From NCBI RefSeq assembly GCF_006345805.1, contig NC_043010.1, positions 66,588,001-66,652,000 of the forward strand: a stretch of DNA of 64,000 nt, read 5' to 3'. The stretch comes from Octopus sinensis (lineage: Eukaryota). This document shows, in pieces, positions 60,801-64,000 of the stretch (position 1 is the first letter of the stretch; the number at the start of each line of letters is the position of its first letter). The notes beneath the pieces were generated by a model that was not told the DNA's origin, searched no databases, and saw only the letters and a list, made by a program, of their open reading frames with translations. The position numbers were made by a program, and so were the translations under genes.

Positions 60801-63800
60801 TATCTGCATATCTCTTTACCTCCTTACAGATGGAATGTTACCAGAACACAAGAAGAAACTGGAAATGGTAAATATGTTTTTTGTACTGTTTTTTTGTCCC
60901 TCTAATGGCATAAATTTGTTTAAAAATGTATTTTATTTATTTTTGTATTTTGGAAGTGAAGAACAAGGTATTTTTGTTCTTGTTGCTGTTTAATGCCATT
61001 TCAGCATTTAAACTGGCCATATCCGGCCAAAAATATTCTGCCTGTTTTATGCTCAAACTGGCCAGATCTGGTCTCTCGCACCAACCCTACAATATCGTTT
61101 TAAAAATTAACAGCTACTTCATCAAAATCTCAAAGCTACAAGATTAATGAATGATTAGTTCAAAACAATTTGGATACAAAAAGCATTAATTTTGGCAGAA
61201 TAATGCGAACACTATAGGGTTAATACCATTTCAGCTCTGATTTACCAAACTTGTGATCCAAAGCTTTCTAGCTGTGACCATCCCATCTAATTTCAAAGAC
61301 ATAACATATCTATGAGTACATTATTTAATATGTCATATCTATAAAACCATGTATAACTGTGTCTGTAAACTCTCGTTACTAGATACTTATAAACCCATAT
61401 TAAAGGTAAATCTGCTGTTACAGGTGTAGCACATGGTGATAAAATGTCTGCTTCCCAACCACATGATTTCAGGTTCAATCCCAGTGCATAGCACCCTCTG
61501 TGGATTTGGTTGAAGGAAATTGAAAGAAGCTCTTTGTATGTTTGTGTGAGTGTTGCTGTATCCTTTCTTTGACATAGTTTGACAGTTGTAAAGAAATATC
61601 ACCATTATGCACGAGGTGTCCTTCATATTCAGTCTTCTGAGACATGTCTGATCGTGAGGAAATATCACCTTACTTGGAAACAGGTGAGGGTTGGCAACAG
61701 GAAGGGCATCTGATTGTAGAAAATCCACCTCAGCAAAATCTACCTGACCCATGCAAGCATGGAAAAGGGGACGTTAAACAATATCTAAAGCGACATTATT
61801 GATATATCTGTAGTGGTAGCTAGATAGTTGAATGATCTCCCTTGCAAGAAAGATTATAGAGTAACCTCCCTTCCTAAGTTTCTTGAAGCATCTGTGTCAT
61901 GAGATATGATTCTTAATTATTCAAGAAGCGTAGCATTTCTCTTGGAAGTTTCTAGAATGTCTAGCGTTCCATTAATAAAAACAGCTTACTAACCCTGAAC
62001 GTGGCCGTTGCCAGCGCTGCCTCAACTGGCCTCCGTGCCAGTGGCATGTAAAAAGCACCAACTGATCGTGGCCGTTGCCAGCCTCGCCTGGCACGTAAAA
62101 AGCACCCACTACACTCTCAGAGTGGTTATGAAGGGCATCCAGCTGTAGAAACACTGCCAGATCAGACTGGCCTGGTGCAGCCTCCTGGCCTCCCAGACCC
62201 CAGTTGAACCGTCCAACCTATGCTAGCATGGAAAGCAGACGTTAAACGATGATGATGATGATGTGCTGGTGAATTTTGAAAAGAATGTAAGTGTACCTCA
62301 AGTGGAAAAAGGTTGTGGGGCACTGCTAATGCCACAGCTATGTATCTACTGTTACATCTATAAATTATATAATTATATGTCATATTGAGAAACTCATCCT
62401 ATTCTATAGCTATAAAACCATGCTAAAAATATATGCCAACACCTGTTATTTCTCCATAACACATGCACACACACAAACACACACACATTCTTGTTGTCTC
62501 AAAATACTTTGATCTTTCTTATTTCAGCTGAGCAATTTCCCACAGCACAACATTAACGAACTACCACCATGGGAGACACTGTTTGAAGCCTCCAATTATT
62601 GTTGCCTCTTCAACTCTGACCTGCAACTCAGCCATATAAAGTTTCTGCCTGGGAACAGTAAAATAGATAATACACTGGCAAACACAGAAGGTGAGGGGAC
62701 GGGGTTTCACATTAATGGTTTGCTGTATTTTTGTGGTGTGGTATGTGTGTTCTTGTGTGTGAGGTGAAGAGGTCTTTAAGCTAGTGTTATGTTCCTAAAA
62801 CTAGCTTAATGATAACTAAGTTATTTTACTAAATTCTTTGTTATATTTAAAGTAATTGAAAGAAACACAGAGCATCTCAACAGAAATATGGTAATGAAAG
62901 GGTTAAAATATATAAAAGAGAAACAATTCTTAACCCTTTCGATACCAACCCGGCTGAAACCAACTCTGGCTCTGTGTACAAATGTCTTGTTTTCATAAGT
63001 TTTGAATTAAAATCTTCCACCAAACCTTAGTCACAGTTTATGTCCCTAACACTAGCTGAATGATAACCAAGTTATTTTACTAAATTCTGTGTTATATTTA
63101 AAATTAATTGAAAGAAACTCAGAGCATCTCAAAAGAAATATGGTAACAAAAGGGTTAAAAAGATATGTACTGGAGTCGATTTGTTCAACTGAAAAATTTG
63201 TCAAGGTGGTACCACAGTCTTATGACTGAAACAAGGAATGGGTAAAGATGTTAGTAAGAGTGAGAGAGGTAATAGCAGGAAGGTGGTTCTGGGTGAATGA
63301 GTGAGTGGCTGAGTTCGCTCACTTGCTCTTTCTTTCTTTCCTTCCTTCTTTCTCTCCTTTCTTTCTTTCTTTCTTTCCTTCTTTGTTTCCTTCTTTCTTT
63401 CTTTCCTTCTTTCTTTCTTTGCTTCTTTCTTTCCTTCATTCCTTCTTTCTTTCATTTCTTCTTTCCTTCTTTCTTTCTTTCCTTCATTCCTTCTTTCATT
63501 CATTCCTTCTTTCCTTCTTTCTTTCCTTCCTTCTTTCTTTCTTTCCTTCTTTCTTTCTTCTTTCTTTCTTTCTTCTTTCCTTCCTTCCTTCTTTCTTTCT
63601 TTCCTTCTTTCTTTCCTTCTTTCTGTCCTTCTTTCCTTCCTTCTTTCTTTCTTTCCTTCTTTCTTTCCTTCCTTCTTTCCTTCCTTCTTTCTTTCTTTCT
63701 TTCTATGTCTGTCCTCAAATGAATAGTTTTGTTCATTCTTTGACATACTCTTCACTTAATTCATTGAAATCTTCTCAGGTACTGAGCAGCTGGAATTCAT

Positions 63801-63880
63801 CTTGAAGTCTGATATCCTGCGCATTGTGTGGTATGCCGTGTCCAACAAAAATTTGGTCCTTCGATGGCTGTTCTTCTTAA
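38736..63880 (+). CDS. SLF2: SLF2/FAM178-like gene (SMC5-SMC6 localisation factor, CANIN domain), 11 exons, 3' end beyond the window
   Basis: Phase-consistent GT-AG exons give ...TLDVLVADKIQQDELDRMNRELQADLKCG..DGMLPEHKKKLEML..INELPPWETLF..LFNSDLQL..TEQLEFIL..LVLRWLFFL. This aligns by eye with human SLF2 as I recall it (TLERLV..LDELQKQLQEDIRQG..DGLLEEHKEFLKKF..IPDHHPGEEIF..IFNQYTLDL..VLKWLFRM). Confidence 0.85.
39332..39630 (-). mobile_element. Non-autonomous Helitron
   Basis: Minus strand A|TC...CCCGAGCAACGCCGGG hairpin...CTAG|T (canonical termini, AT target); ACAG microsatellite near the 5' end. Confidence 0.85.
40802..41734 (+). mobile_element. Internally deleted mariner (DD34D) relic with both TIRs, interrupted by an RTE 3' fragment at 41465-41694
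   Basis: The frame 40966-41451 reads AKEGLHPRKVLLSVW*D...FHQDNAQTHTA...PHSPYLLDIVPSDYHLF...LPDRWESIVENKGEY with 34 residues between the Asp residues and 3 internal stops. Imperfect TIRs ttggatcatcccataa / ttatgatctgacccaa are flanked by TA. Confidence 0.88.
41948..42168. mobile_element. piggyBac-type MITE, second family
   Basis: TTAA-CCCTTTAGTGTT...AACACTAAAGGA-TTAA; opposite-orientation copies at 58245-58465 and 60994-61219. Confidence 0.75.
42803..43338 (-). repeat. MetaSINE-like trimer/concatemer
   Basis: Three tail-to-body units joined at gaaatacctatttctttact. Confidence 0.85.
44319..44600 (-). mobile_element. LINE 3' end remnant with (ATT)n tail
   Basis: Minus strand FPAFTDLQQFKQNINGI followed by a short UTR and an ATT repeat. 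Confidence 0.5.
46470..46900 (-). mobile_element. Degenerate LINE reverse-transcriptase fragment (L2/Crack/Daphne-like)
   Basis: Minus-strand pieces VNQHGFCKARPTGGLL, EFGENAVV and SSVLSFTPFFLCFNN...VQSYTDD correspond to the QHGFR, LDxxKAFD and GSVLSP..YADD motifs. Confidence 0.65.
47070..47382 (+). mobile_element. RTE 3' UTR fragment with a tandem duplication of its last ~120 bp
   Basis: aggaagggcatccagctgtag...acggacgtt occurs twice, joined at cgttag microhomology. Confidence 0.75.
47969..48012 (+). CDS. SLF2: SLF2-like exon 2 (SHESILKYFRVCRDP)
   Basis: Strong acceptor ttttgcttgttttccactttcag|, donor CGT|GTGAGA; phase 2 to phase 1 bridges exons 1 and 3. ESILKYFR resembles the SLF2 N-terminal QSIIDFFK motif as recalled. 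Confidence 0.5.
48490..49270 (-). repeat. Tandem array of four ~163-bp MetaSINE-like units plus a head
   Basis: Unit starts at 48565, 48728, 48891 and 49051; near-identical and sharing private variants. Confidence 0.9.
49440..50508 (-). mobile_element. Helitron-like element with three ~148-bp internal tandem repeats (50016-50457)
   Basis: 5' TCTTTATATATA end plus a CTGT/GT microsatellite as in the other Helitrons; units start at 50016, 50165 and 50313. The left boundary is uncertain. Confidence 0.6.
50990..51360 (-). mobile_element. RTE 3' UTR fragment
   Basis: Family match. Further copies at about 11005-11207, 23093-23330, 45700-45818, 56577-56950 and 61995-62262. Confidence 0.75.
51979..52101 (+). 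CDS. SLF2: SLF2-like exon 3 (TSSDLSTHAIPTLS*SVTTTSNSPTMASNSLKSRNKKSAE) with in-frame TAG at 52023-52025
   Basis: Acceptor ttttcttctcctctacag|, donor GAAG|GTGAAT; 123 nt, phase 1-1. Confidence 0.65.
52136..52225 (+). repeat. 15-bp tandem repeat (attcatttatcactg) x6
   Basis: Lies directly after the exon 3 donor; about 1.5 more copies near 52932. Confidence 0.85.
53285..53333 (+). CDS. SLF2: SLF2-like exon 4 (DDHSRDSSDLSVSDDSG)
   Basis: tttctctcctccag| ... GG|GTAAGT; phase 1 to 2. Confidence 0.85.
53500..53920 (+). mobile_element. Older SINE with a CORE-like head and a ggttggcgacaggaagggcatcc-type 3' part
   Basis: Related copies at about 20680-20960, 56240-56510 and 61420-61790. Confidence 0.55.
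54027..54415 (-). mobile_element. Non-autonomous Helitron with an extended terminal palindrome
   Basis: 5' A|TCTCTATATATA at 54415, CTAG|T at 54027, 16-bp perfect stem. Confidence 0.75.
54977..55007 (+). CDS. SLF2: SLF2-like exon 5 (MLQSRLDKCE)
   Basis: ctcatttcag| ... GAG|GTATGT; phase 2 to 0. Confidence 0.85.
57047..57136 (+). CDS. SLF2: SLF2-like exon 6 (LKDSGVRLDVKPKSKITLTLDVLVADKIQQ)
   Basis: Long pyrimidine tract + ttgcag|, donor CAG|GTAAAT; phase 0-0. Confidence 0.9.
57328..57360 (+). CDS. SLF2: SLF2-like exon 7 (DELDRMNRELQ)
   Basis: ttttattag| ... CAG|GTTTGC; phase 0-0. Confidence 0.85.
57880..58195 (+). mobile_element. Full-length tRNA-headed SINE with a 12-bp TSD
   Basis: Head GGAGGTGCAATGGCCCAGTGGTTAGGGCAGC, A-rich tail, ATTGACTTATGT at 57868-57879 and 58196-58207. 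Confidence 0.85.
58765..59144 (+). mobile_element. 5'-truncated CR1-type LINE 3' end inserted into a V-like SINE
   Basis: Translates LFELHPSNTHGHIYKVRKQHSSHDFRKHFFTLRVAEAWNKLPASVVSCRSTASFKTSML (CR1 C-terminal motif); (ATT)n tail; AAC duplicated at 58762-58764 and 59145-59147; the host SINE resumes exactly. Confidence 0.85.
59555..59609 (+). CDS. SLF2: SLF2-like exon 8 (ADLKCGGVSNMLAELNEP)
   Basis: ttcaattccag| ... CAG|GTGAGT; phase 0 to 1. Confidence 0.88.
60830..60867 (+). CDS. SLF2: SLF2-like exon 9 (DGMLPEHKKKLEM)
   Basis: ctccttacag| ... ATG|GTAAAT; phase 1 to 0. Confidence 0.9.
62528..62690 (+). CDS. SLF2: SLF2-like exon 10 (LSNFPQHNINELPPWETLFEASNYCCLFNSDLQLSHIKFLPGNSKIDNTLANTE)
   Basis: ctttcttatttcag| ... 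GAAG|GTGAGG; 163 nt, open frame, phase 0 to 1. Confidence 0.92.
62783..63154. mobile_element. Second piggyBac-type MITE pair (partial copy to 62902, full copy 62934-63154)
   Basis: Same family and same spacer as 28571-29043. Confidence 0.85.
63320..63705 (+). repeat. (CTTT/CCTT)n polypyrimidine microsatellite
   Basis: ~385 bp that is almost entirely C/T, in the intron before exon 11. Confidence 0.95.
63779..63880 (+). CDS. SLF2: SLF2-like exon 11 (GTEQLEFILKSDILRIVWYAVSNKNLVLRWLFFL)
   Basis: cttctcag| ... TAA|GTAGGT; VLRWLF matches SLF2 VLKWLF as recalled. Confidence 0.9.
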
Positions 63881-63963
63881 GTAGGTACCCACTGAATTCT
63901 ATTTTACTTCCTTTTCGTATTATTTTTTTTTTAATCCTAGATTACCTCATATATGGGTGGGGG

Positions 63964-64000
63964 TGGGGTGCTGAAAAGTTCCTGGCTTTGGGTAAAAGAA
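63964..64000 (+). mobile_element. Probable mariner-type TIR at the window edge
   Basis: ggggtgctgaaaagttcctggct resembles GAGGGGGTGCTGAAAAGT mariner termini as recalled; truncated by the window. Confidence 0.4.

Noticed and set aside
63201-63805. Lys/Glu/Arg-rich and Phe/Leu/Ser-rich ORFs of 140-184 aa
   Set aside because: Translations of the (CTTT/CCTT)n microsatellite.

Overview
AT-rich, microsatellite- and SINE-dense eukaryotic DNA. The repeat families and the gene style point to an octopus (coleoid cephalopod) genome; this is an inference, not a database result. Two protein-coding genes are supported, both on +. (1) A C2H2 zinc-finger gene with a single coding exon (24211-26577, 788 aa): 16 tandem 22/27-aa acidic repeats in register with finger 1, then 11 fingers, then a poly-Asn tail, with a probable 5' UTR exon ending at 16518. 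(2) A multi-exon SLF2/FAM178 (SMC5/6 localisation factor, CANIN domain) homologue that the ORF track misses. I assembled it by hand from 11 phase-consistent exons (38736-63880, continuing beyond the window). Its exon 3 carries an in-frame TAG (52023-52025). The rest is transposon-derived: tRNA-headed SINE families (Meta-like, CORE-like, V-like), RTE, CR1 and L2/Crack LINE remnants, a mariner relic, a Merlin-like fragment, hAT and piggyBac MITEs, non-autonomous Helitrons and a tRNA-Lys pseudogene. There is also one clean Penelope-type hammerhead ribozyme motif and an unusual number of long fold-back palindromes. Family names and homologies were recognised from memory and need a search to confirm.
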